DNA of 64,000 nucleotides. Origin: Octopus vulgaris. Taxonomy: Eukaryota. How positions within the stretch are numbered: position 1 is the stretch's first letter; each line of letters opens with the position of its first letter. Location: assembly GCA_951406725.2 (NCBI GenBank), contig OX597819.1, positions 60,698,001 to 60,762,000 of the forward strand, given 5' to 3'. The notes under the pieces are model-generated. The model searched no databases and was not told the DNA's origin. It worked only from the letters and a program-made list of their open reading frames with translations. The position numbers and the translations under genes are program-made. Shown here piece after piece: positions 27,446 to 38,955 of this stretch.

Positions 27446-28317
27446 CTGCGAAATACAAAGATATGAACAAAAATTCAATAATTTATTATCATTGCTTCAA
27501 AAATTAATAAGAATCTGAACAGATCTGAAACCTATGGCCAATAAATCTTAAGTGTAAAAGCTCTAGTTTACTGCTCACATGGATCAGATGGAATTTATAA
27601 AGGTGGATACTCTGCAGCTCAATGCCATGTCACCAACCCTCACCTGTTTCCAAGTAATGTTATGTTTCCCCAAGACCAGACATGTTTTTGCGAAAGTCTG
27701 GAAATCACAGACATTGCTTGTATGATGGTGACACTAGATGTCAACAATCATGTGATGTAAAGGCAAAGAGACAGCAACTCCCACCACAAGCATATTATGA
27801 GCTTCTTTCAGGTTCATCATCATCGTCATCAATTAATGTCTGTTTTTCATGCTGGCAAGGGTTGGATGGTTTGACAGGAGCAGACAAGCCGGAGTGCTGC
27901 ACCAGATTACCAAATTCACTCACAAGGCTTTGGTCAACCCAAAGCTATTGTAGAAGACACTTGCCTGAAGTGACACACAATAGGACTGAAACCAAAACAT
28001 GGTTGGGAAGCAAAATTCTTAATGTTTAAATTTCTTACATGGTATAATACAGGGTGCTGACCATTGTGAACTAATCTAGAATAAAGACAATAAAAGTGAA
28101 GTGATGTCACTTTATTCTTTTTTTCTTTTACTTGTTGACTTTGGTCATGCTGGAGCACTGCCTTTAGTCGAACAAATCGATCCCAGGACTTGTTCTTTGT
28201 AAGCCTAGTACTTATTCTATTGGTCTCTTTGCCGAACAGCTAAGTCACGAGGATGTAAACACACCAGCATCAATTGTCAAGCGATGGTGGTGGGGACAAG
28301 CATAGACACACACAAAC

Positions 28318-28355
<38 letters not shown>

Positions 28356-28530
28356 ATATATATACATATATATACATACAGGAGTGTGACGAAAGAACTT
28401 TGGCCGAAATAAGATTAAGATTAATGTAAAAAATAAATATCACTGAAGCAAAATAACACCAAATATATAGTGCGTGTGTTTTTATTGGCTAAACTGGCAA
28501 TATGACCATTCCGAAATATATATATATACA

Positions 28531-28616
<86 letters not shown>

Positions 28617-29019
28617 GGCTTCTTTCAGTTTCCGTCTACCAAATCCATTCACAAGGCTTTGGTTGGCCCGAGGCTAGAGTAGAAGTCACTTGCTCAAGGT
28701 GCCATGCAGTGGGACTGAACCCAGAACCATGTGGTTGGGAAGCAAGCTTCTTACCACACAGCTACCAAGGATATCAGCATTTGGTGGGAATGACAGTAAA
28801 ATTTTCTCAGTTCAGAAATTGCTATTAGCTTCTTATCAATTACAACTGCTTGTTTCACAGATGAAGGTTTTGTTGCTTACAAGATAATTTATAAGCCATA
28901 CTATACAGGGGAATTCTGAAGCCCAATGGGTTACCCAGAAGGACCCAGGAATATACTGACAAATGGTGAATGCAGCAACATGCGGCAATGGTACATCCTT
29001 CCCCACCTCACTGGGACAC

Positions 29020-29054
<35 letters not shown>

Positions 29055-29163
29055 ATATATAAATTTGTCTTCACCCTTAGTCCGAAGAAATCTACATCTT
29101 AATTCCTAACAGATAATATACTTAGAATAAATTTTTTGTCAATATACAAAGATTTCCACTTAC

Positions 29164-29295
29164 TTTTTGATTTCCGGCAGCAAAGATTGATTTATTGGCA
29201 ATTTTAGCATTGATTGACGTCAAATTAACATCGCGTATTTTCCCTAAAGGTACAGTTTCAATCAGAAATGTGGATATATCATTGAATAAAGAATT
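29164..29295 (-). CDS. AP5M1: AP5M1 exon 6 (NSLFNDISTFLIETVPLGKIRDVNLTSINAKIANKSIFAAGNQK)
   Basis: AG/gtaagt boundaries; similar to ACPFGTLLDANL. Confidence 0.88.
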
Positions 29296-30070
29296 CTGAA
29301 AATACCAGAGGAACATTTCTGAGAAGTTACATATATACAGAGGATATTCAAACAATTACTACTCAGATTACAATCTGAATTATGTTTTCTTTCATCTTGT
29401 AGATTCCAAACAGATAATTGTAGGAAAATAAACACAATGAGATCCAAATGCTTTATGGATATCACATATTGTTAAGAATAATAATTATAATAATAATGGT
29501 TTTAAATTTTGGCACAAGGCCAGAAAGTTGTGGGGGAGCAGGGTAAGTTGATTACATTGACTCCAGTGCTCAACTGGTACTCTTTACATCAATCCTGAAA
29601 GGATGAAAGGCAAAGTTGACCTCTGCGTAACTTGAACTCAGAACCTAAAGACAATCAACCTGATTTAGGTATAAGGCTAGCAAATTTGAGGGGAAGTGTA
29701 ATGGTTGATGTCACCAACTCCCAGTACTTGACAAGTACCTTATGTTATCGAGTCTGCAAGGATGAAAGTCAAAGCCATTCTGGGCAGAATTTGAACTCAG
29801 AATGTAAAGAGTTCGAAAGAAATGTCGCTAAGCATTTTGCCCAATGTCATCATCATCATTTAATGTCCGTTGTCCTTGCTGGCATGGGTTGGATAGATTG
29901 ACCAGGGCTGGCACCAGCATCGCCCACATGATAACAATTCTGCCACCTCACTGCCTTATAAAAATCTATAGTGCCTATATCTGCCTATAAAAATCTATAG
30001 TGATAAAAATAAATCTATAATAGTAAAAAGAAAAAAAAAAGAAAAAACAAACTCAAACCCCTTGACTTAC

Positions 30071-30146
30071 CTCATTATTTAAGTGTGAAGTATGTACAAT
30101 ATCAGATAAGGCACTCAGCAAACCGTGACACAATGTTACACCAGGA
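30071..30146 (-). CDS. AP5M1: AP5M1 exon 5 (PGVTLCHGLLSALSDIVHTSHLNNE)
   Basis: AG/gtaagt boundaries; phase 2 to 0 keeps the frame. Confidence 0.85.
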
Positions 30147-30219
30147 CTAAATTAAAGAAAGATACAGAATTATGTGAAAGATCTATTACTTCTCTTTTTG
30201 GAAGGGCTTTCATTTAAAG

Positions 30220-30457
30220 CAGTGGTTCTCAACTGAGGTCCATGGGACCCTTGTGGGGGGAGGGGCTTGTATGATTTTGTTAAGATTTATCTGCAATAAA
30301 TTGGTTGTACTCCCACGATGCACAAAATGTTTTAACAATTTTTTTTATACAGTTCTTTATAATATTTAATTATAAAAATGTAATGGGATTTTTGAAACAT
30401 CGAATGACTAGGAATCAAAGGGATTTGTAGGTAAAAACAAATGGTTGAGAACAACAG
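30220..30457. mobile_element. hAT-like MITE
   Basis: CAGTGGTTCTCAAC...GTTGAGAACAACAG; 8-bp TSD ATTTAAAG on both sides. Confidence 0.75.
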
Positions 30458-31210
30458 ATTTAAAGAAACACAATCCTTAAGTCTTTTAAGTCGCTTCAAA
30501 TTTCAGTGAGTTATCTCTTTGTTGACATTAATCAGGATATTAAAATAGGTGCAGAAGATTGTAACAAGACGCTATGATGGAAAGGATTTATATAACCCTT
30601 GGAAAAGTGGTAGAAGCATATCCCGGGGTCATGGCCTGGATATAGCCCAATATTCTTAGAATGTAAGGAGTTAAGGGCCAAAACATTTTCATAAGGGTGC
30701 ATTTTCTTTACTGAAAGTCTTCTGCTATTCAGCTTGTTCTAGAGAGTTTCTTACCAAACGCTCTGTAGCTTGGCTTTTGTGATTCTTAAACATGGCCACT
30801 ACTCTATTTGGTTGATTCAAAGTATCACCATCATTATTTAATGTCCATGTTCCATGCTGGCATCAGGTGGACAGTTTGATCAGATCTGATGGACACAAGG
30901 ACTGCATTGTGCTTTGGCATGGTTGCTATGACTGGATACCCTTCCTAACACCAACTTTACAACATGTGCTAGGTGCTTGTTTTCATGCTGCCAGCATCAG
31001 TGAGTCTACAAACATCAAGAGGTAACTTTATGCTAGGAGATGGGAAAGTGATATGAATAAAGTCCAAGAGAAAAGGGCCAAAGCAGAACAGGTTTTGTGT
31101 CCAACCAAAATTAATTTTTATGAATAAAAAAATACTATCTAAACACTAATCACCATTAAGCAATTTATTTCAAAGAATCAAAGTAAAGGATTTTTTAAAG
31201 CTTAACTTAC

Positions 31211-31281
31211 ATTTCAATAAGGAAAGGTTTGGAATGAGATGCTGAATCCACAAATGGTAAACAGCAGAAAAGGAACTGGTC
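31211..31281 (-). CDS. AP5M1: AP5M1 exon 4 (DQFLFCCLPFVDSASHSKPFLIE-I)
   Basis: tttgtttag acceptor and gtaagt donor; similar to MIYACVPLVE...RPPLI. Confidence 0.88.
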
Positions 31282-31755
31282 CTAAACAAAAAGAAAATTG
31301 GAAAAAAGACATTGAAATAAAAATATGAATAGTTCAAAGATTGTGTCAAAATTGATCTTGGTGGCATTTGAATTCAGAACATAAAGAGCTGGAAAAAATG
31401 CTACTAATTGTCTGATGTGCTAACGATTCTGCTAGGTTGCAACCCATTCTTTCTTTTTTTTTTTTTGGCACAAATAATGACAATGTTTTCAACCAAGAAA
31501 GAATTCTTAGCTACTTCATTACAACCTACCATAGATAATGGATTACAAGATGAATGACAGACACATAAAATTAATGGGATCCTTGATCCATCAAATTTCC
31601 ATTGGACATTTGCCACACATTACTTACAGACATCAACAAATAAGAAATTCAGTTGTAAGCCCTATGGACACAAGAGAAAAAGCTAGAAAACTTCTGAGGT
31701 AGGAGGAAACAGGTGATGAGAGAAGGGGAGTAAAAAAAAAATGAGGCTGATTTAA

Positions 31756-31975
31756 CCCTTTCGTTACGAACCCAGCTGAAACCGGCTCTGGCTCTAAGTA
31801 CAAATGTCTTGTTTTCATAAGTTTTGAATTAAAATCTTCCACCAAACCTTAGTCACAATTTATGTTCCTAACACTAGCTGAATGATAACTAAGTTATTTT
31901 ACTAAATTCTTTGTTATATTTAAAGTAATTGAAAGAAACACAGAACATCTCAAAATAAATACAGTAACGACGGGG
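31756..31975 (+). mobile_element. piggyBac-like MITE (TTAA TSD)
   Basis: TTAA|CCCTTTCGTTAC...GTAACGACGGGG|TTAA; older copies are scattered (e.g. about 5030-5250, 32320-32530, 49310-49530). Confidence 0.8.
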
Positions 31976-32039
31976 TTAAAGAAAATAACATAGAAATATG
32001 AAAGTTCAAAAAAATATTTTGGAATATGGCACAATTTAC

Positions 32040-32135
32040 CTTATTTAAAACAATAACAGGAAAGAGTTTTCCACCAGCAGTGTTTACAGAATAGAATGGA
32101 CTTTTATCTTGGTTAGAACATTTCTGTTCAGAGTT
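32040..32135 (-). CDS. AP5M1: AP5M1 exon 3 (NSEQKCSNQDKSPFYSVNTAGGKLFPVIVLNK)
   Basis: AG/GT boundaries, 96 nt, phase 0/0; similar to GGEELWPVV. Confidence 0.85.
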
Positions 32136-35100
32136 CTGAAACAAAATAACACATAACACTTTAGAAATATTATAAATGTAATACACCTGGTAGTGAGCAA
32201 CATTCTTACATTCATATTAAAAATTATATTTACAGTAGAAGTTAGATGAATCAAATTTCAGAAATGGAAGTGACCTTTGCTATATGAATGGCAACTTAAA
32301 CACTTTTGTTACTATATTTCTGCTGAAAATATACAGCATTTGTTTCAATTAATTTGGAAAATAATGAAGAATTTCATAAAATAACTTCATCATTATTACG
32401 ATGGTTTTTGAAATATAAAGTAGTCTGAAATTTTGAGGATAAAGTTTTGATTTAGATCACTTTGAAAGAGGAAGTTTGTATCATAGAATGAGTGGGCTTG
32501 GTTTCAGGTAGGGTGGTATCAAAAGGATTAAAAAAAAGAGAGATAAATATTGAATTAGATGCAACTGAGCGTGATTGTTGCCAGAGCAGCTGACTGGCTT
32601 CCGTGCCGGTAGCATGTAAAAAGCACCATTCGAGCGTGATCGTTACCAGCATCGCCTTACTGAAAAAACATTCAAGTGAGGTCGTTGCCAGTGGTGCTGG
32701 ACTGGCTCCTGTGCAGGTGGCATGTAAAAAACCCCATTTGAGCATGGCCATTACCAGTACCGCCTGACTGGCCCTTGTGCCAGTGGCACGTAAAAGCACC
32801 CACTACACTCTCAGAGTGGTTGGCATTAGGAAGTGCATCTAGCTGTAGAAACTCTGCCAGCCATCTGGTACAGCCATCTGGTTCGCCAGTCCTCAGTCAA
32901 ATCGTCCAACCCATGCTAGCATGGAAAGCGAACGTTAAACGCTGATGATGATGATGATGACTGTGTACTAATGAGAAAGAGAGAGAGAAAGAGAAAATAA
33001 AGAATTATTAACCAGTTATGAAAGAAATGAGTTAAGTATGGCAATCAAGGTAACTTACAAGAGAGTTTGGACAAGGCAGATATAAACTATTCATTCTACA
33101 CATAAAAGACAGGTATAATATTTAACCATTTTGATATCAACCTATCTGAGATTGCCACTGATTCTATGATACAAAATCTTCTGTTAATAAGTTTCTAAAT
33201 TTAGATAAAAACCTTCCATGATGGTTTTATGTCAGAACATTATGTTCCAAACCAAAAGTTGGAACAATAATGACAAAAGTTAGTTATTTTATTAAATCCC
33301 GACAATTTGTTTTTCTTTTTTTCAAAATTAATTGAAAAATATAAGCAAGCCTGGGCTGTTTGATTAAGAAGTTTGCTTCTCAACCACATAGTTTTAGGGC
33401 AGACCCCCTTGGGCTTCTACTATAGCTCCAAAACCAACCAAAGCCTTGTGAGTGAATTTGGTAGGTAGACAGAAACTGAAAGAAGCCCATTGTGTGTGTG
33501 TGCTTCCTTGTCTTGATATTGTGATAATTGTAAACAAGTATCACCATCATACAACCAGTATCATGGCTTTCTAATTTCTGTGAGAACATTGTTAATTATT
33601 TGAGCGTGGTCATTGCCAGTACCGCCTGACTGGCCCTCATACCGATGGTACGTAAAAGCACCCACTACACTTTCAGAGTGGTTGGCGTTAGGAAGGGCAT
33701 CAAGCTGTAGAAACTTTGCCAGATCAGATTGGAGCCTGGTGCAGCCTTCTGGCTCACCAGTCCTCAGTCAAACTGTCCAACCCATGCCAGCATGGAAAGC
33801 AGACATTAAACAATGACGAGTTTAAAAAATAATCAAGCTAATTCAAGAAAGTATCAGGACTGTTTCTGTATATCTTCATAAACATCCTCATCATCATTTT
33901 AACAATTTCAACATCCACTTTACCATGCTTGAATGGGTCAGATGGAATTTGTTGAGGGCAGATTTTCTACAGCTGTTTGCCCTTTCTGTTATCAATGTTT
34001 ACTTATTTCCAAGCAAGGTAATAAACTTCTGGTCTACTGAACAATGAAGAGCCTGGATATGCAGTGAACTGGAAGCAAATGACACTGTTTGAATGAGCCT
34101 TTTGTTTACGAATGTCATGCAATATGTTAAGATATGTCAAGAAGCCTGGACATGGTTTTGCAGTTGAATGTAAGCAAATGACACTGTCTATATTGAAAGT
34201 GAAACTGTAGTTTACAGTCAGCAAACACATGTGAAGAGAACACATGCACACACACTCATATCATCATCACCATTTAATGTCTGCTTTCCATGCTGGCAAG
34301 GGTTGGATGGTTTGACAGGAGCTAGCAAGCTGGAGAGCTGCACTAGGCTCCAGTCATCTATTTTGCTAAGGTTTCTATAGCTGAATGCCCTTTCTAATGC
34401 CAACCACTTTACAGAGTGTACTGGGTGTGTTTTATGTGGTGCCAGCAGCACAGCTGCTTTATTACATGGCACTGGCATGATTGCTGTTTTATGTAGTGCC
34501 AGCACAGGCACTTTTTTATGTGATGCTAGCACAGAGGCTTTCTTATGTGACACTAGCATGAGTGCTATTTTATGTGGCACCATACACAAATATAAGAATA
34601 TGATTGTGAATACAAGTAGCCAAAATAGGGTTTTTCTGAAGGGTTTTTTTTTAGTAACATTATTCACCAATGTGCATAGCACAGAAATCAGAGAGGCACT
34701 CTAGGCAGAGCCACTATTTGTCTGAATTGAAAGATCAAAACTCTGACACTATGGATATGCAGTAAGAATGTCTCAGGAAAGAACTGCTGGACAGATAACA
34801 TCCATGTGCTCGGTTGGTCTCACTTGGAATCTAACTGGATCAACTGGAGATGATTGCTTTTGACAGGATCCAATGGAAGGCATGCTTGAGGACTCTGTTT
34901 CCATAACCCTCCCACAAATAAGTGGGCAAAGAAGATCAGATAAGATGAGGCTTCTTCAGTTTCCCAATTTCACTCACAAAGTATTGGTTGACCAGTAGCT
35001 ATAGTGAAGAACATCAGCTGACAACATTCATACAGTGGGACTGAACTTGTAATCAAATGGTTCCAAAGCAAAACTCTTAACCACACACCCATGCTGTACC

Positions 35101-35163
35101 TGTAAGTTCTTAACCACACAGTTAGATTAGAAGATAATTTTAAGATTTAGAACAAAAAAATAC

Positions 35164-35290
35164 CTTGTTCAATTTAGAGTTTGTTCTGATGCAATTAAAA
35201 AGGTTTTTTGTAAATTCAGTATTCTGTGGAATTGGAACATATTGGTCTTTTTCAGTCAGGACTGTCCATTTCTCAACTGTAGGAAATCGT
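35164..35290 (-). CDS. AP5M1: AP5M1 exon 2 (RFPTVEKWTVLTEKDQYVPIPQNTEFTKNLFNCIRTNSKLNK)
   Basis: ttttgcag acceptor and GT donor; matches the RYPTVEK...YVPVP motif of AP5M1; phase-consistent. Confidence 0.9.
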
Positions 35291-36571
35291 CTGCAAAATA
35301 ATTAAATAAGTATGAAGTATAGAGCCCGTAATAAGTGCAGAGGATCAGCAACTGTTGTGCTCTGATATAATCAACCTTACCTGCACCTACCACAGCCACA
35401 ATATCAGGTATTAAGAGTGCCTCTAAACAGTCACACAACTTGCTAGAAATAGCAGGAAAATCGCTCTCAAATCAAACCTATTGAGGTCAGATAGTTGGGG
35501 CATGAACTGTTACAGTGCATCACTGCAACTACCATTCGTTAGCATTTACTCAGGTTGACCTGGGCAACCCTCTGTGCAGTGTCCTAGTCACTCCCTATTT
35601 CTGCAAGATACTCCCTTATCCACTGAGACCATGTGGCATGTGGCAGACCAACACGAGCTGTCCACCCAAACTGGATCCTCAATGAAGGGAACACAATCAC
35701 AATATGCAGGATCTAACTTGGAAAATCAAGCAACATGACCAAACAGCCTGAGCTGATACTCCTATATTGTACAAGTAACCTACAGTCATAATATAAAAAA
35801 TGAAGAAAACACTTGATAATATAGCCCAGAGTATACTATGTTGAGATATAAATAAAAGATGGATGGTCATGACTTGGAATGCCTTTGATCATAGGTTTGC
35901 TCGATCAGAATCAATTTGGGTTCAAGTAACAACAAGCATAGAAAAATAGATTAGATGGTGGAGAGAATATATATCCAAATTGCAACATAGCATCCCACAC
36001 AATTAAGCACTGTATGTCAGCTAGACAGAGATATAATATATTTAGAATGATAAATCTAGGTTTTACATAGTTATGTAGTTCAGTAACTACATGCTATAAG
36101 TTTGCTTCAATAGAGCTAACTGGGAGTTTAACAACAAGAAAGTATGTGTTAAGCATAAACTGAAGCAACCTTTATATCTAAATCATGTGATATCATCATC
36201 AGCATTTAATGTCCTTTTTCTTCCACGCTAGTGTAGGTGAGATGGAATTTGTTGAGGTAGATATTCTACAGCCAGGTATCTTTCCTGTTGACAACCCTCG
36301 TGTGTTCTCAAGGAAGGTAATATTTCCCATGGCCAGATATGTTTTCCATGAAACACTAGAAATGACACCACTTGTATGATGGTGATGCTCGTTTACAACC
36401 AACATATAATATCAAAACAAGGTTACATACAAGGCTGTGATTGGCCTGGGGCTATAGTAGAAGACACTTGCCTAAGGTACCACTCAGTGGGACTGAACCC
36501 AAGACTACATGGTTGGGAAGCAAGCTTCTTAACTACACAGCTATGCTCGCCCATTTATATATATATATATA

Positions 36572-37301
36572 TAAAATTACATTTAATTCATTAATAGCGA
36601 AACAATTGTCCCAAAATAATCTGTATTTTTGTTATTTTTTATTTGCCCTGTCCGTGTGAGCTAACAATCGTACTGACTTTCATGGGAAACATGTATTTTC
36701 GTGGTTGAAACCTTTTGGATTAACTGGTGCTAGAGTGAGCAATATAGTGACCACTCTCTTATATTTATTTTTTAAAAATATTATAATATGTTATAAAATA
36801 TTATAATAATCCAGGTTTCTCGGAGCACTAGGCCACTTGGTGTTGAATAAATATACTATTAAATTAGTATCTAATTCTCTCACCCTTATTAATTAATTAT
36901 AATTATGCTGCATTTATTTCTAAATGCTGTATTTGTTTTCCGTGAAAGTTTGGCGCGCTGTTGGTTGGGGCATTTGAATTATAACGTCGGATGTAATCAA
37001 TTGAACCACACGCGTATTTATCGTTATGGTAAAATCTGGCGTGTGATTGAGTGGATTTCATCCAGATAGTTTTGGCTGACGAGCTACAAATGGATTTTTT
37101 TTGTAAGTAAAATTACATTTAATTCATTAATAGCGAAACAATTGTCCCAAAATAATCTGTATTTTTGTTATTTTTTATTTGCCCTGTCCGTGTGAGCTAA
37201 CAATCGTACTGACTTTCATGGGAAACATGTATTTTCGTGGTTGAAACCTTTTGGATTAACTGGTGCTAGAGTGAGCAATATAGTGACCACTCTCTTATAT
37301 T

Positions 37302-37307
<6 letters not shown>
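36572..37307 (+). mobile_element. Non-coding hammerhead-bearing retroelement (retrozyme or non-autonomous Penelope-like), partial tandem of a 536-nt monomer
   Basis: Identical 200-bp direct repeats at 36572-36771 and 37108-37307, (TA)n on both flanks, internal type I hammerhead, no ORF. Confidence 0.75.
37063..37159 (+). ncRNA. Type I hammerhead ribozyme
   Basis: Stem I cagatagttttgg/ccaaaataatctg; CTGACGA 37076-37082; stem II GCTA/TAGC; GAAA 37135-37138; palindromic stem III ACAATTGT; GTC cleavage triplet 37144-37146. Confidence 0.85.
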
Positions 37308-37385
<78 letters not shown>

Positions 37386-37899
37386 TCACACACACAAGTT
37401 GCAAAAAGGAATGGTTCTGTGGTTAAGAAGTCTGCTTCCCAACCATGTGGTTTCAGGTTCAGTCCCATTGTAAAGTACTTTGGCTAAGTATCTTCTACTG
37501 TAGCCACAGTATTGTGAGTGGATTTGGGAGATGGAAATTGAAAGGAGAAACTTTTTATGACATTTTAGAATTCAGAAGGTTAGCAAAATGAAAAAAACAT
37601 GATCCAGATCTTCCAGAACATAGTTTGGAAAATCCTACCATTAGACACAGTTTGTTGGCCCTTCATCTTTTAACTACCATACAGACAGTGAGAGAGAGGT
37701 GGTATTTTTCTGGGGGGTTTTTCTGGTGGTTTAAAAGTATATATGTATTATGTACATCTGTCTTTAAAGTTATGCTGTTAAATCAAAATAAGTTTGTCCA
37801 CTTCAATCAGCTAACTTCACTTTAGCACAGTGTATCAACTCTACTGAGACATCTGTGATAAAGTATGCAAAAGTTGATGTTGGAACAATTACATAGATA

Positions 37900-38240
37900 T
37901 TGATTACATGATGGAAGGTTATTGCATTTCCTTTTAATGCTGGAAATCAAAAATTCTTCATGTCCTTGATACAGCTGTTCCTATCTTTCAGGTTGTACTA
38001 ATTATGAAATATTTTGTGATATTTTGGGCATGACATCAGGGCCCAGAACCTTAGCACTCACTACAGAGAAGGTCAATGGAAAAAGGGGAAGGGTGAAACC
38101 CCAAAAAACGTTGGCTGGATGACATCAAAGAATGGATCAGAAGATCTCTGGCTGAATATTGCACAACCAAAGGAATCAATGGAGAGAGCTGATGCATGTG
38201 CCCATGGTCCCTGGCCCTCAGCAATGAGAAAAGGAATAGA
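37900..38240 (+). mobile_element. Decayed RTE-like LINE 3' fragment
   Basis: GKRGRV.P.KRWLDDIKEW-like translation near 38075-38140. Confidence 0.55.
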
Positions 38241-38783
38241 CAAGACTATATATCATCATCATCTTCATCATTTAACGCCTGCTTTCCATGCTGGCATCGG
38301 TTGGACGGTTTCACTGAGGACTGGCAAACCAGGAGGTCACACCAGGCCCTAATCTGATCTGGCAAAGTTTCTACAGCTGGATGCCCTTCCTAATGCCTAC
38401 CACTCTGAGGGTGTAGTGGGTGCTTTTACATGCCACCGGCATGAGGGCCAGTCAAACGGTACTGGCAATGGCCACGCTCAAATGGTGTTTTTTACATGCC
38501 ACCTGCACAGGAGCCAGTCCAGTGCCACTGGCAACGACCATGCTCGAATGTTGTTTTTCACGTGCCAGCAAGGCGACGCTGGTAATGATCATGCTCGAAT
38601 GGTGCTTTTTATGTGCCACTTGCATGGGACCCAGTCAGCGGCCTTGGCAGGGATCACACTCGGATGGTGCTCTTAACGTCCCACTAGCGCAGATGCCAGC
38701 CAGGCGGTGCTGTTATCGGCCACGTCAATGAATTTGATTTTGATAAAGTATATATATATATATATATATACACATACACACAT

Positions 38784-38955
38784 TTTATTTGTGTATTAAA
38801 GTTACCATTGGTTTCATGTTAAATATCTCAGCAATTCTTTAAGCTGATCACATAGAAAGATGCCAATGAACACCAATTTTTCTGTGATTTGCTTGAAGAA
38901 TTGTTGAGATATTTCCGTAACATGAAACGAATGGTAACCTTAATAAACAAATAAA
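38784..38955. repeat. Imperfect palindrome of about 170 bp
   Basis: tttatttgtgtattaaagttaccatt... pairs with ...aatggtaaccttaataaacaaataaa. Confidence 0.75.

Noticed and set aside
36673-36700. CTGACTTT...GAAACATGTA as a second hammerhead in the 200-bp repeat
   Set aside because: Lacks the GA of CUGANGA and has no convincing stems I and II
38410-38720. Periodic ttttacatgccac...gccagtc units (also near 10890-11080, 20110-20240, 32580-32800, 34420-34580)
   Set aside because: A variable internal minisatellite of a common interspersed repeat; the units are related to each other rather than spacer-like
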